Assembly (NCBI GenBank): GCA_964016885.1
Contig: OZ024743.1
Coordinates: forward strand, 132,928,001-132,992,000
Direction of reading: 5' to 3'
DNA: 64,000 bases
DNA from: Eledone cirrhosa
Lineage: Eukaryota
A program made the position numbers and the translations under genes. The notes below the pieces were generated by a model. That model searched no databases and was not told the origin of the DNA. It worked only from the letters and a program-made list of their open reading frames with translations. How positions within the stretch are numbered: position 1 is the stretch's first letter; the number at the start of each line of letters is the position of its first letter. Positions 46,901 through 59,100 of this stretch are shown piece by piece.

Positions 46901-49900
46901 GGTGTTTTGTGTTTGGTGCTTGGTTCTTGGTGTTTGGTGCTTGGTGCTTCGTACTTGGTGTTTGATGCTTGGTGATTGGTGCTTGGTGTTTTGTGCTTGG
47001 TGTTTGGTGTTTGATGCTAGGTGCTTGGTGTTTGGTGCTTGGTGCTTGGTGCTTGGTGTTTGGTGTTTGGTGTTATATGCTTGGTGTTTGATGCTTGGTG
47101 CTTGGTGCTTGGTGTTTGGTGCTTGGTGTTTGATGCTTGGTGCTTGGTGCTTGGTGTTTGGTGCTTGGTGCTTGGTGTTTGTACTTGGTGCTTGGTGCTT
47201 GGTTCTTGGTGTTTGGTGCTTGGTGCTTGGTGTTTGGTGCTTGATGTTTGGTGCTTGGTGTTTGGTGCTTGGTGCTTGGTGCTTAGTGCTTGGTGTTTGG
47301 TGCTTGGTGTTAGGTGTTTGGTGCTTGGTGCTTGGTGTTTGGTGTTTGGTGCTTGGTGTTTGGTGCTTGGTGTTTGGTGTTAGGTGTTTGGTGCTTGGTG
47401 TTTGGTGTTTGATGCTTGGTGTTTGGTGCTTGGTGTTTGGTGCTTGGTGTTTGGTGCTTGGTACTTGGTGCTTGGTGCTTCGTGTTAGGTGTTTGGTGCT
47501 TGGTGCTTGGTGTTTGCTTTTTGGTGCTTGGTGCTTGGTGTTTGGTGTTTGGTGCTTGCTGCTGGCTGCTTGGTGTTTGATGCTTGGTGATTGGTGCTTG
47601 GTGTTTTGTGTTTGGTGCTTGGTGCTTGGTGTTTGGTGCTTGGTGCTTGGTGTTTGGTGCTTGGTGCTTGGTGTTTGGTTTTTGGTGCTTGGTGTTTGGT
47701 GTTTGGTGTTTGGTGCTTGCTGCTGGCTGCTTGGTGTTTGATGCATGGTGATTTGTGCTTGGTGTTTGGTGCTTGGTGTTTGGTGTTTGATGCTTGGTGC
47801 TTGGTGTTTGGTGTTTGATGCTTGGTGCTTGGTGCTTGGTGTTTGGTGCTTGGTGTTTGTTGTTTGGTGTTTGCTGTTTGGTGTTTGGTGTTTGCTTTTT
47901 GGTGTTTGGTGTTTGCTGTATGTTGTTTGGTGTTTGGTGTTTGGTGTTTGGTGTTTGGTGTTTGGTGCTTGTTGCTTGGTGTTCGGTGCTTGGTGCTTGG
48001 TGTTTGTTGCCTGGTGCTTGGTGCTTGGTGCTTGGTGTTTGGTGTTTGGTGCTTGGTGCTTGGAGTTTGGTGTTTGGTGCTTGGTGCTTGGTGTTTCGTG
48101 TTTCGTGTTTGGTTTTTGGTGCTTGGTGCTTGGTGCTTGGTCCTTGGTGTTTGGTGCTGGGTGCATTGTGTTTGGTGCTTGGTGCTTGGTGCTTGGTGTT
48201 TGGTGTTTGCTGCTTGGTGTTTGATGCTTGGTGCTTGGTGGTTGGTGTTTTGTGTTTGGTGCTTGGTGCTTGGTGCTTGGTGCTTGGTGCTTGGTGTTTG
48301 GTTCTTGGTTCTTGGTGTTTGGTGTTTGGCGTTTGGTGTTTGGTGCTTGGTGCTTGGTGTTTGGTGCTTGGTGCTTGGTGTTTGGTGCCTGGTGCTTGGT
48401 GCTTGGTGCTTGGTGTTTGGTGTTTGGTGCTTGGTGCTTGGTGCTTGGAGTTTGGTGTTTGGTGCTTGGTGCTTTGTGTTTTGTGTCTGGTGTTTGGTTT
48501 TTGGTGCTTGGTGCTTGGTCATTGGTGTTTGGTGCTGGGTGCTTTGTGTTTTGTGCTTGGTGCTTGGTGTTTGGTGTTTGCTGCTTGGTGTTTGATGCTT
48601 GGTGCTTGGTGCTTGGTGTTTTGTGTTTGGTGCTTGGTTCTTGGTGTTTGGTGCTTGGTGCTTGGTACTTGGTGTTTGTACTTGGTGCTTGGTGCTTGGT
48701 GTTTGGTTCTTGGTTCTTGGTGTTTGGTACTTGGTGCTTGGTGCTTGATGTTTGGTGTTTGGTGCTTGGTGTTTGGTGCTTGGTACTTGGTGTTTGGTGC
48801 TTGGGGTTAGGTGTTTGGTGTTTTGTGCTTGGTGTTTGGTGTTTGGTGCTAGGTGCTTGGTGTTTGGTGCTTGGTGCTTGGTGCTTGGTGCTTGGTGCTT
48901 GGTGTTTGGTGTTTGGTGCTAGGTGCTTGGTGTTTGGTGCTTGGTGCTTGGTGCTTGGTGTTTGGTGTTTGGTTTTAGGTGCTTGGTGCTTGGTGTTTGG
49001 TGCTTGGTGCTGGGTGGTTGGTGTTTAGTGCTTGGTGTTTGGTGCTGGGTGCTTGGTGTTTGGTGCTTGGTGCTTGGTCTTTGGTGCTTGGTGTTTGGTG
49101 TTTGGTGCCTGGTGCTTGCTGCTTGGTGTTTGGTGCTTGGTGCTTGGTGTTTGGTGCTTGGTGCTTAGTGTTTGGTGCTTGGTGCTTAGTGTTTGGTGTT
49201 TGGTGCTTGGTGCTTGGTGTTTAGTGCTTAGTGTTTGGTGCTTGGTGCTTGGTGTTTGGTGTTTGCTGTTTGCTGTTTGGTGTTTGTTGTTTGGTGTTTG
49301 TTGTTTGGTGTTTGCTGTTTGGTGTTTGGTGTTTGCTTTTTGGTGTTTGGTGTTTGCTGTATGTTGTTTGGTGTTTGGTGTTTGGTGTTTGGTGTTTGGT
49401 GCTTGGTGCTTGATGTTTGGTGCCTGGTGCTTGGTGCTTGGTGCTTGGTGTTTAGTGTTTGGTGCTTGGTGCTTGGAGTTTGGTGTTTGGTGCTTGGTGC
49501 TTGGTGTATCGTGTTTCGTGTTTGGTTTTTGGTGCTTGGTGCTTGGTGCTTGGTCCTTGGTGTTTGGTGCTGGGTGCATTGTGTTTGGTGCTTGGTGCTT
49601 GGTGCTTGGTGTTTGGTGTTTGCTGCTTGGTGTTTGATGCTTGGTGCTTGGTGGTTGGTGTTTTGTGTTTGGTGCTTGGTGCTTGGTGTTTGGTGCTTGG
49701 TTCTTGGTGCTTGGTGTTTGGTTCTTGGTTCTTGGTGTTTGGTGTTTGGCGTTTGGTGTTTGGTGCTTGGTGCTTGGTGTTTGGTGCTTGGTGCTTGGTG
49801 TTTGGTGCCTGGTGCTTGGTGCTTGGTGCTTGGTGTTTGGTGTTTGGTGCTTGGTGCTTGGTGCTTGGAGTTTGGTGTTTGGTGCTTGGTGCTTTGTGTT

Positions 49901-50190
49901 TTGTGTTTGGTGTTTGGTTTTTGGTGCTTGGTGCTTGGTCATTGGTGTTTGGTGCTGGGTGCTTTGTGTTTTGTGCTTGGTGCTTGGTGTTTGGTGTTTG
50001 CTGCTTGGTGTTTGATGCTTGGTGCTTGGTGCTTGGTGTTTTGTGTTTGGTGCTTGGTTCTTGGTGTTTGGTGCTTGGTGCTTCGTACTTGGTGTTTGAT
50101 GCTTGGTGATTGGTGCTTGGTGTTTTGTGCTTGGTGTTTGGTGTTTGATGCTAGGTGCTTGGTGTTTGGTGCTTGGTGCTTGGTGCTTGG
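43985..50190 (+). repeat. Tandem duplication of a unit of about 3.1 kb (about 43985-47055 and 47055-50190); copies differ by a 63 bp (9-monomer) indel
   Basis: TATATGC at 44003 and 47074 and ORFs 44520/47591, 44674/47745 (offset 3071); ORFs 45789/48923, 45891/49025, 46507/49641 (offset 3134). Confidence 0.92.
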
Positions 50191-53100
50191 TGTTTGGTGT
50201 TTGGTGTTAGGTGCTTCATGCTTGGTGTTTGGTGCTTGGTGCTGAGTGGTTGGTGTTTAGTGCTTGGTGTTTGGTGCTGGGTGCTTGGTGTTTGGTGCTT
50301 GGTGCTTGGTCTTTGGTGCTTGGTGTTTGGTGTTTGGTGCTTGGTGCTTGGTGCTTGGTGTTTGGTGCTTGGTGCTTGGTGTTTGGTGCTTGGTGCTTAG
50401 TGTTTGGTGCTTGGTGCTTAGTGTTTGGTGCTAGGTGCTTGGTGTTTGGTGCTTGGTGCTTGGTGTTTGGTGCCTGGTGCTTGGTGTTTGGTGTTTGGTG
50501 TTTGGTGCTTGGTGCTTGTTGTTTGGTGTTTGCTGTTTGCTGTTTGGTGTTTGTTGTTTGGTGTTTGTTGTTTGGTGTTTGCTGTTTGGTGTTTGGTGTT
50601 TGCTTTTTGGTGTTTGGTGTTTGCTGTATGTTGTTTGCTGTTTGGTGTTTGGTGTTTGGTGTTTGGTGCTTGGTGCTTGCTGCTGGCTGCTTGGTGCTTG
50701 GTGTTTGGTGCCTGGTGCTTGGTGCTTGGTGCTTGGTGTTTGGTGTTTGGTGCTTGGTGCTTGGAGTTTGGTGTTTGGTGCTTGGTGCTTGGTATTTCGT
50801 GTTTCGTGTTTGGTTTTTGGTGCTTGGTGCTTGGTGCTTGGTCCTTGGTGTTTGGTGCTGGGTGCTTGGTGTTTGGTGCTTGGTGCTTGGTCTTTGGTGC
50901 TTTGTGTTTGGTGCTTGGTGCTTGGTGTTTGGTGCTTGGTGCTTGGTGTTTGGTGCTTGGTGCTTGGTGTTTGGTGCTTGGTGCTTGGTGTTTGGTGTTT
51001 GGTGTTTGGTGCTTGCTGCTGGCTGCTTGGTGTTTGATGCATGGTGATTTGTGCTTGGTGTTTGGTGCTTGGTGTTTGGTGTTTGATGCTTGGTGCTTGG
51101 TGTTTGGTGTTTGATGCTTGGTGCTTGGTGCTTGGTGCTTGGTGCTTGGTGTTTGGTGCTTGGTGTTTGGTGTTTGGTGCTTGGTGATTGGTGTTTCTAC
51201 TTGGTGCTTGGTGCTTGGTTCTTGGTATTTGGTGCTTGGTGCTTGGTGTTTGGTGTTATATGCTTGGTGTTTGATGCTTGGTGCTTGGTGCTTGGTGTTT
51301 GGTGTTTGGTGTTTGATGCTTGGTGCTTGGTGTTTGGTGCTTGGTGCTTGGTGTTTGTACTTGGTGCTTGGTGCTTGGTGCTTGGTGTTTGGTGCTTGGT
51401 ATTTGGTGCTTGGTGCTTGGTGCTTGGTCCTTGGTGCTTGGTGTTTGGTGGTTGGTGTTTGGTGGTTGGTGTTAGGTGTTTGGTGTTTGGTGCTTGGTGT
51501 TTGGTGTTTGGTGCTTGGTGTTTGGTGCTTGGTACTTGGTGCTTGGTGCTTGGTGTTAGGTGTTTGGTGCTTGGTGTTTGGTGCTTGGTGTTTGGTGCTT
51601 GGTGCTTGGTGCTTGGTGTTTGGTGGTTGGTGTTTGGTGCTTGGTGTTTGGTGCTTGGTGTTACGTGTTTGGTGCTTGGTGCTTGGTGTTTGGTGTTTGG
51701 TGCTTGGTGTTTGGTGTTTGGTGCTTGGTGTTTGGTGCTTTTTCCTTGGTGCTTGCTGCTTGGTGTTTGGTGCTGGGTGCTTGGTGCTTGGTGTTTGGTG
51801 TTATATGCATGTTGTTTGATGCTTGGTGCTTGGTGCTTGGTGTTTGGTGTTTGGTGCTTGGTGTTTGATGCTTGGTGCTTGGTGCTTGGTGTTTGGTGTT
51901 TGGTGCTGGGTGCTTGGTGCTTGGTGCTTGGTGTTTGGTGCTTGGTGTTTGGTGCTTGGTGTTTGGTGCTTGGTGCTTGGTGCTTGGTGCTTGGTGTTTG
52001 GTGTTTGGTGCTTGGTGTTTGGTGCTTGGTACTTGGTGCTTGGTGCTTGGTGTTAGGTGTTTGGTGCTTGGTGCTTGGTGTCTGGTTTTTGGTGCTTGGT
52101 GCTTGGTGTTTGGTGCTTGCTGCTGGCTGCTTGGTGTTTGGTGCTTGGTGATTGGTGCTTGGTGTTTGGTGTTTGGTGCTAGGTGTTTGGTGTTTGGTGC
52201 TTGGTGCTTGGTGTTTGGTGCTTGGTGCTTGGTGTTTGGTGCTTGGTGTTTGGTGCTTGGTGTTTGGTGCTTGGTGCTTGGTGCTTGGTGTTTGGTGCTT
52301 GGTGTTTGGTGCTTGGTGTTAGGTGTTTGGTGCTTGGTGCTTGGTGTTTGGTGTTTGGTGCTTGGTGTTTGGTGTTTGGTGTTATATGCTTGGTGTTTGA
52401 TGCTTGGTGCTTGGTGCTTGGTGTTTGGTGCTTGGTGTTTGATGCTTGGTGCTTGGTGCTTGGTGTTTGGTGCTTGGTGCTTGGTGTTTGTACTTGGTGC
52501 TTGGTGCTTGGTTCTTGGTGTTTGGTTCTTGGTGTTTGGTGTTTGGTGCTTGGTGTTTGGTGTTTGGTGTTATATGCTTGGTGATTGATGCTTGGTGCTT
52601 GGTGCTTGGTGTTTGGTGCTTGGTGTTTGATGCTTGGTGCATGGTGCTTGGTGTTTGGTGCTTGGTGCTTGGTGTTTGTACTTGGTGCTTGGTGCTTGGT
52701 TCTTGGTGTTTGGTGCTTGGTGCTTGGTGTTTGGTGCTTGGTGCTTGGTGTTTGGTGCTTGGTGTTTGGTGCTTGGTGTTTGGTGCTTGGTGCTTGGTGC
52801 TTAGTGCTTGGTGTTTGGTGCTTGGTGTTAGGTGTTTGGTGCTTGGTGCTTGGTGTTTGGTGTTTGGTGCTTGGTGTTTGGTGCTTGGTGTTTGGTGTTA
52901 GGTGTTTGGTGCTTGGTGTTTGGTGTTTGGTTCTTGGTGTTTGGTGCTTGGTGTTTGGTGCTTGGTGTTTGGTGCTTGGTACTTGGTGCTTGGTGCTTCG
53001 TGTTAGGTGTTTGGTGCTTGGTGCTTGGTGTTTGGTTTTTGGTGCTTTGTGCTTGGTGTTTGGTGTTTGGTGCTTGCTGCTGGCTGCTTGGTGTTTGATG

Positions 53101-56100
53101 CTTGGTGATTGGTGCTTGGTGTTTTGTGCTTGGTGTTTGGTGTTTGGTGCTAGGTGCTTGGTGTTTGGTGCTTGGTGCTTGGTGCTTGGTGTTTGGTGTT
53201 TGGTTTTAGGTGCTTGGTGCTTGGTGTTTGGTGCTTGGTGCTGGGTGGTTGGTGTTTAGTGCTTGGTGTTTGGTGCTGGGTGCTTGGTGTTTGGTGCTTG
53301 GTGCTTGGTCTTTGGTGCTTGGTGTTTGGTGTTTGGTGCTTGGTGCTTGGTGCTTGGTGTTTGGTGCTTGGTGCTTGGTGTTTGGTGCTTGGTGCTTAGT
53401 GTTTGGTGCTTGGTGTTTGGTGTTTGCTGTTTGCTGTTTGGTGTTTGTTGTTTGGTGTTTGTTGTTTGGTGTTTGCTGTTTGGTGTTTGGTGTTTGCTTT
53501 TTGGTGTTTGGTGTTTGCTGTATGTTGTTTGGTGTTTGGTGTTTGGTGTTTGGTGTTTGGTGCTTGTTGCTTGGTGTTTGCTGCTTGGTGCTTGGTGTTT
53601 GGTGCCTGGTGCTTGGTGCTTGGTGCTTGGTGTTTGGTGTTTGGTGCTTGGTGCTTGGAGTTTGGTGTTTGGTGCTTGGTGCTTGGTGTTTCGTGTTTCG
53701 TGTTTGGTTTTTGGTGCCTGGTGCTTGGTGCTTGGTCCTTGGTGTTTGGTGCTGGGTGCATTGTGTTTGGTGCTTGGTGCTTGGTGCTTGGTGTTTGGTG
53801 TTTGCTGCTTGGTGTTTGATGCTTGGTGCTTGGTGGTTGGTGTTTTGTGTTTGGTGCTTGGTGCTTGGTGTTTGGTGCTTGGTGCTTGGTGCTTGGTGTT
53901 TGTACTTGGTGCTTGGTGATTGGTCTTTGGTTCTTCGTTCTTGGTGTTTGGTGTTTGGCGTTTGGTGTTTGGTTCTTGGTGCTTGGTGTTTGGTGCTTGG
54001 TGCTTGGTGTTTGGTGCCTGGTGCTTGGTGCTTGGTGCTTGGTGTTTGGTGTTTGGTGCTTGGTGCTTGGTGCTTGGAGTTTGGTGTTTGGTGCTTGGTG
54101 CTTTGTATTTTGTGTTTGGTGTTTGGTTTTTGGTGCTTGGTGCTTGGTCCTTGGTGTTTGGTGCTGGGTGCTTTGTGTTTTGTGCTTGGTGCTTGGTGTT
54201 TGGTGTTTGCTGCTTGGTGTTTGATGCTTGGTGCTTGGTGCTTGGTGTTTTATTTTTGGTGCTTGGTTCTTGGTGTTTGGTGCTTGGTGCTTGGTACTTG
54301 GTGTTTGTACTTGGTGCTTGGTGCTTGGTGTTTGGTTCTTGGTTCTTGGTGTTTGGTACTTGGTGCTTGGTGCTTGATGTTTGGTGTTTGGTGCTTGGTG
54401 TTTGGTGCTTGGTACTTGGTGCTTGGTGCTTGGTGTTAGGTGTTTGGTGCTTGGTGCTTGGTGTTTGGATTTTGGTGCTTGGTGCTTGGTGTTTGGTGTT
54501 TGGTGCTTGCTGCTGGCTGCTTGGTGTTTGATGCTTGGTGATTGGTGTTTGGTGTTTTGTGCTTGGTGTTTGGTGTTTGGTGCTAGGTGCTTGGTGTTTG
54601 GTGCTTGGTGCTTGGTGCTTGGTGTTTGGTGTTTGGTGTTAGTTGCTTGATGCTTGGTGTTTGGTGCTTGGTGCTGGGTGGTTGGTGTTTAGTGCTTGGT
54701 GTTTGGTGCTGGGTGCTTGGTGTTTGGTGCTTGGTGCTTGGTCTTTGGTGCTTGGTGTTTGGTGTTTGGTGCTTGGTGCTTGGTGCTTGGTGTTTGGTGC
54801 TTGGTGCTTGGTGTTTGGTGCTTGGTGCTTAGTGTTTGGTGCTTGGTGCTTAGTGTTTGGTGCTAGGTGCTTGGTGTTTGGTGCTTGGTGCTTGGTGTGT
54901 GGTGCCTGGTGCTTGGTGTTTGGTGTTTGGTGTTTGGTGCTTGGTGCTTGGTGTTTGGTGTTTGCTGTTTGCTGTTTGGTGTTTGTTGTTTGGTGTTTGT
55001 TGTTTGGTGTTTGCTGTTTGGTGTTTGGTGTTTGCTTTTTGGTGTTTGGTGTTTGCTGTATGTTGTTTGCTGTTTGGTGTTTGGTGTTTGGTGTTTGGTG
55101 CTTGGTGCTTGGTGTTTGGTGCTTGGTGCTTGGTGTTTGGTGCCTGGTGATTGGTGCTTGGTGCTTGGTGTTTGGTGTTTGGTGCTTGGTGCTTGGAGTT
55201 TGGTGTTTGGTGCTTGGTGCTTGGTGTTTCGTGTTTCGTGTTTGGTTTTTGGTGCTTGGTGCTTGGTGCTTGGTCCTTGGTGTTTGGTGCTGGGTGCATT
55301 GTGTTTGGTGCTTGGTGCTTGGTGCTTGGTGTTTGGTGTTTGCTGCTTGGTGTTTGATGCTTGGTGCTTGGTGCTTGGTGTTTTGTGTTTGGTGCTTGGT
55401 GCTTGGTGTTTGGTGCTTGGTGCTTGGTGCTTGGTGTTTGTACTTGGTGCTTGGTGTTTGGTTCTTGGTTCTTGGTGTTTGGTGTTTGGCGTTTGGTGTT
55501 TGGTGCTTGGTGCTTGGTGTTTGGTGCTTGGTGCTTGGTGTTTGGTGCCTGGTGCTTGGTGCTTGGTGCTTGGTCCTTGGTGTTTGGTGCTGGGTGCTTT
55601 GTGTTTGGTGCTTGGTGCTTGGTGTTTGGTGTTTGCTGCTTGGTGTTTGATGCTTGGTGCTTGGTCCTTGGTGTTTTGTGTTTGGTGCTTGGTGTTTGTA
55701 CTTGGTGCTTGGTGCTTGGTGTTTGGTTCTTGGTTCTTGGTGTTTGGTACTTGGTGCTTGGTGCTTGATGTTTGGTGTTTGGTGCTTGGTGTTTGGTGCT
55801 TGGTGCTTGGTGCTTGGTGGTAGTTGTTTGGTGATTGGTCCTTGGTGTTTGGTGCTTGGTGTTTGGTGTTTGCTGTTTGGTGTTTGGTGTTTGGTGTTTG
55901 GTGTTTGCTGTTTGGTGTCTGCTTTTTGGTGTTCAGTGTTTGCTGTATGGTGTTTGGTGTTTGCTGTTTGGTGTTTGGTCTTTGGTGCTTGGTGTTTGGT
56001 GCTTGGTGCTTGGTGTTTGGTGTTTGGTGTTTGGTGCTTGGTGTTTGGTGTTTGGTGCTTGGTGTTTGGTGTTTGGTGCTTGGTGTCTGGTGCTTGGTGT

Positions 56101-59100
56101 TTGGTTTTTGGTGCTTGGTGTTTGGTGTCTGGTGTTTGGTGTTTGGTGTTTGGTGCTTGGTGCTTGGTGTTTGGTGTTTCGTGTTTGGTGCTTGGTGTCT
56201 GGTGCTTGGTGTTTGGTGTTTGGTGCTTGGTGTTTGGTGTTTGGTGTTTGGTGCTTGGTGCTTGGTGCATGGTGTTTGGTGTTTGGTGCTTGGTGTTTGG
56301 TGCTTGGTGCTGGGTGGTTGGTGTTTGGTGCTTGGTGTTTGGTGCTGGGTGCTTGGTGTTTGGTGCTGGGGGCTTGGTGTTTGGTGCTTGGTGCTTGGTC
56401 TTTGGTGCTTGGTGTTTGGTGCTTGGTGCTTGGTGTTTGGTGTTTGGTGCTTGGTGCTTGGTGTTTGGTGCTTCGTGCTTGGTGTTTGGTTTTTGGTGCT
56501 TGGTGCTTGGTGTTTGGTGTTTGGTGCTTGCTGCTGGCTGCTTGGTGTTTGATGCATGGTGATTGGTGCTTGGTGTTTGGTGCTTGGTGTTTGGTGTTTG
56601 ATGCTTGGTGCTTGGTGTTTGGTGATTGGTGCTTGGTGCTTGGTGCTTGGTGCTTGGTGTTTGGTGCTTGGTGCTTGGTGTTTGGTGCTTGGTGCTTGGT
56701 GTTTGGTTTTTGGTGCTTGGTGTTTGGTGTTTGGTGTTTGGTGCTTGCTGCTGGCTGCTTGGTGTTTGATGCATGGTGATTTGTGCTTGGTGTTTGGTGC
56801 TTGGTGTTTGGTGTTTGATGCTTGGTGCTTGGTGTTTGGTGTTTGATGCTTGGTGCTTGGTGCTTGGTGCTTGGTGCTTGGTGTTTGGTGCTTGGTGTTT
56901 GGTGCTTGGTGATTGGTGTTTGTACTTGGTGCTTGGTGCTTGGTTCTTGGTGTTCGGTGCTTGGTGCTTGGTGTTTGGTGTTATATGCTTGGTGTTTGAT
57001 GCTTGGTGCTTGGTGCTTGGTGTTTGGTGTTTGGTGTTTGATGCTTGGTGCTTGGAGTTTGGTGCTTGGTGCTTGGTGTTTGTACTTGGTGCTTGGTGCT
57101 TGGTGCTTGGTGTTTGGTGCTTGGTGTTTGGTGCTTGGTGCTTGGTGCTTGGTCCTTGGTGCTTGGTGTTTGGTGGTTGGTGTTTGGTGGTTGGTGTTAG
57201 GTGTTTGGTGCTTGGTGCTTGGTGTTTGGTGTTTGGTGCTTGGTGTTTGGTGTTTGGTGCTTGGTGCTTGGTGCTTGGTACTTGGTGCTTGGTGCTTGGT
57301 TTTAGGTGTTTGGTGCTTGGTGTTTGGTGCTTGGTGTTTGGTGATTGGTGCTTGGTGCTTGGTGCTTGGTGTTTGGTGGTTGGTGTTTGGTGCTTGGTGT
57401 TTGGTGCTTGGTGTTACGTGTTTGGTGCTTGGTGCTTGGTGTTTGGTGTTTTGTGCTTGGTGTTTGGTGTTTGGTGCTTGGTGTTTGGTGCTTTTTGCTT
57501 GGTGCTTGGTGCTTGGTGTTTGGTGCTGGGTGCTTGGTGCTTGGTGTTTGGTGTTATATGCTTGGTGTTTGATGCTTGGTGCTTGGTGCTTGATGTTGTG
57601 TGTTTGGTGCTTGGTGTTTGATGCTTGGTGCTTGGTGCTTGGTATTTGGTGCTTGGTGCTTGCTGTTTGGTGCTTGGTGCTTGGTGTTTGGTGCTTGGTG
57701 TTTGGTGCTTGGTGTTTGGTGCTTGGTGCTTGGTGCTTGGTGCTTGGTGTTTGGTGTTTGGTGCTTGGTGTTTGGTGTTTGGTGCTTGGTGTTTGGTGCT
57801 TGGTACTTGGTGCTTGGTGTTAGGTGTTTGGTGCTTGGTGCTTGGTGTCTGGTTTTTGGTGCTTGGTGCTTGGTGTTTGGTGCTTGCTGCTGGCTGCTTG
57901 GTGTTTGGTGCTTGGTGATTGGTGCTTGGTGTTTGGTGTTTGGTGCTAGGTGCTTGGTGTTTGGTGCTTGGTGCTTGGTGTTTGTACTTGGTGCTTGGTG
58001 CTTGGTTCTTGGTGTTTGGTGCTTGGTGCTTGGTGTTTGGTGCTTGGTGCTTGGTGTTTGGTGCTTGGTGTTTGGTGCTTGGTGTTTATTGCTTGGTGCT
58101 TGGTGCTTGGTGTTTGGTGCTTGGTGTTTGGTGCTTGGTGTTAGGTGTTTGGTGCTTGGTGCTTGGTGTTTGGTGTTTGGTGCTTGGTGTTTGGTGTTTG
58201 GTGTTATATGCTTGGTGTTTGATGCTTGGTGCTTGGTGCTTGGTGTTTGGTGCTTGGTGTTTGATGCTTGGTGCTTGGTGCTTGGTGTTTGGTGCTTGGT
58301 GCTTGGTGTTTGTACTTGGTGCTTGGTGCTTGGTTCTTGGTGTTTGGTGCTTGGTGTTTGGTGTTTGGTGCTTGGTGTTTGGTGTTTGGTGTTATATGCT
58401 TGGTGTTTGATGCTTGGTGCTTGGTGCTTGGTGTTTGGTGCTTGGTGTTTGATGCTTGGTGCTTGGTGCTTGGTGTTTGGTGCTTGGTGCTTGGTGTTTG
58501 TACTTGGTGCTTGGTGCTTGGTTCTTGGTGTTTGGTGCTTGGTGCTTGGTGTTTGGTGCTTGGTGCTTGGTGTTTGGTGCTTGGTGTTTGGTGCTTGGTG
58601 TTTGGTGCTTGGTGCTTGGTGCTTAGTGCTTGGTGTTTGGTGCTTGGTGTTAGGTGTTTGGTGCTTGGTGCTTGGTGTTTGGTGTTTGGTGCTTGGTGTT
58701 TGGTGCTTGGTGTTTGGTGTTAGGTGTCTGGTGCTTGGTGTTTGATGTTTGGTGCTTGGTGTTTGGTGCTTGGTGTTTGGTGCTTGGTGTTTGGTGCTTG
58801 GTACTTGGTGCTTGGTGCTTCGTGTTAGGTGTTTGGTGCTTGGTGCTTGGTGTTTGGTTTTTGGTGCTTGGTGCTTGGTGTTTGGTGTTTGGTGCTTGCT
58901 GCTGGCTGCTTGGTCTTTGATGCTTGGTGATTGGTGCTTGGTGTTTTGTGCTTGGTGTTTGGTGTTTGGTGCTAGGTGCCTGGTGTTTGGTGCTTGGTGC
59001 TTGGTGCTTGATGTTTGGTGTTTGGTGTTAGGTGCTTGGTGCTTGGTGTTTGGTGCTTGGTGCTGGGTGGTTGGTGTTTAGTGCTTGGTGTTTGGTGCTG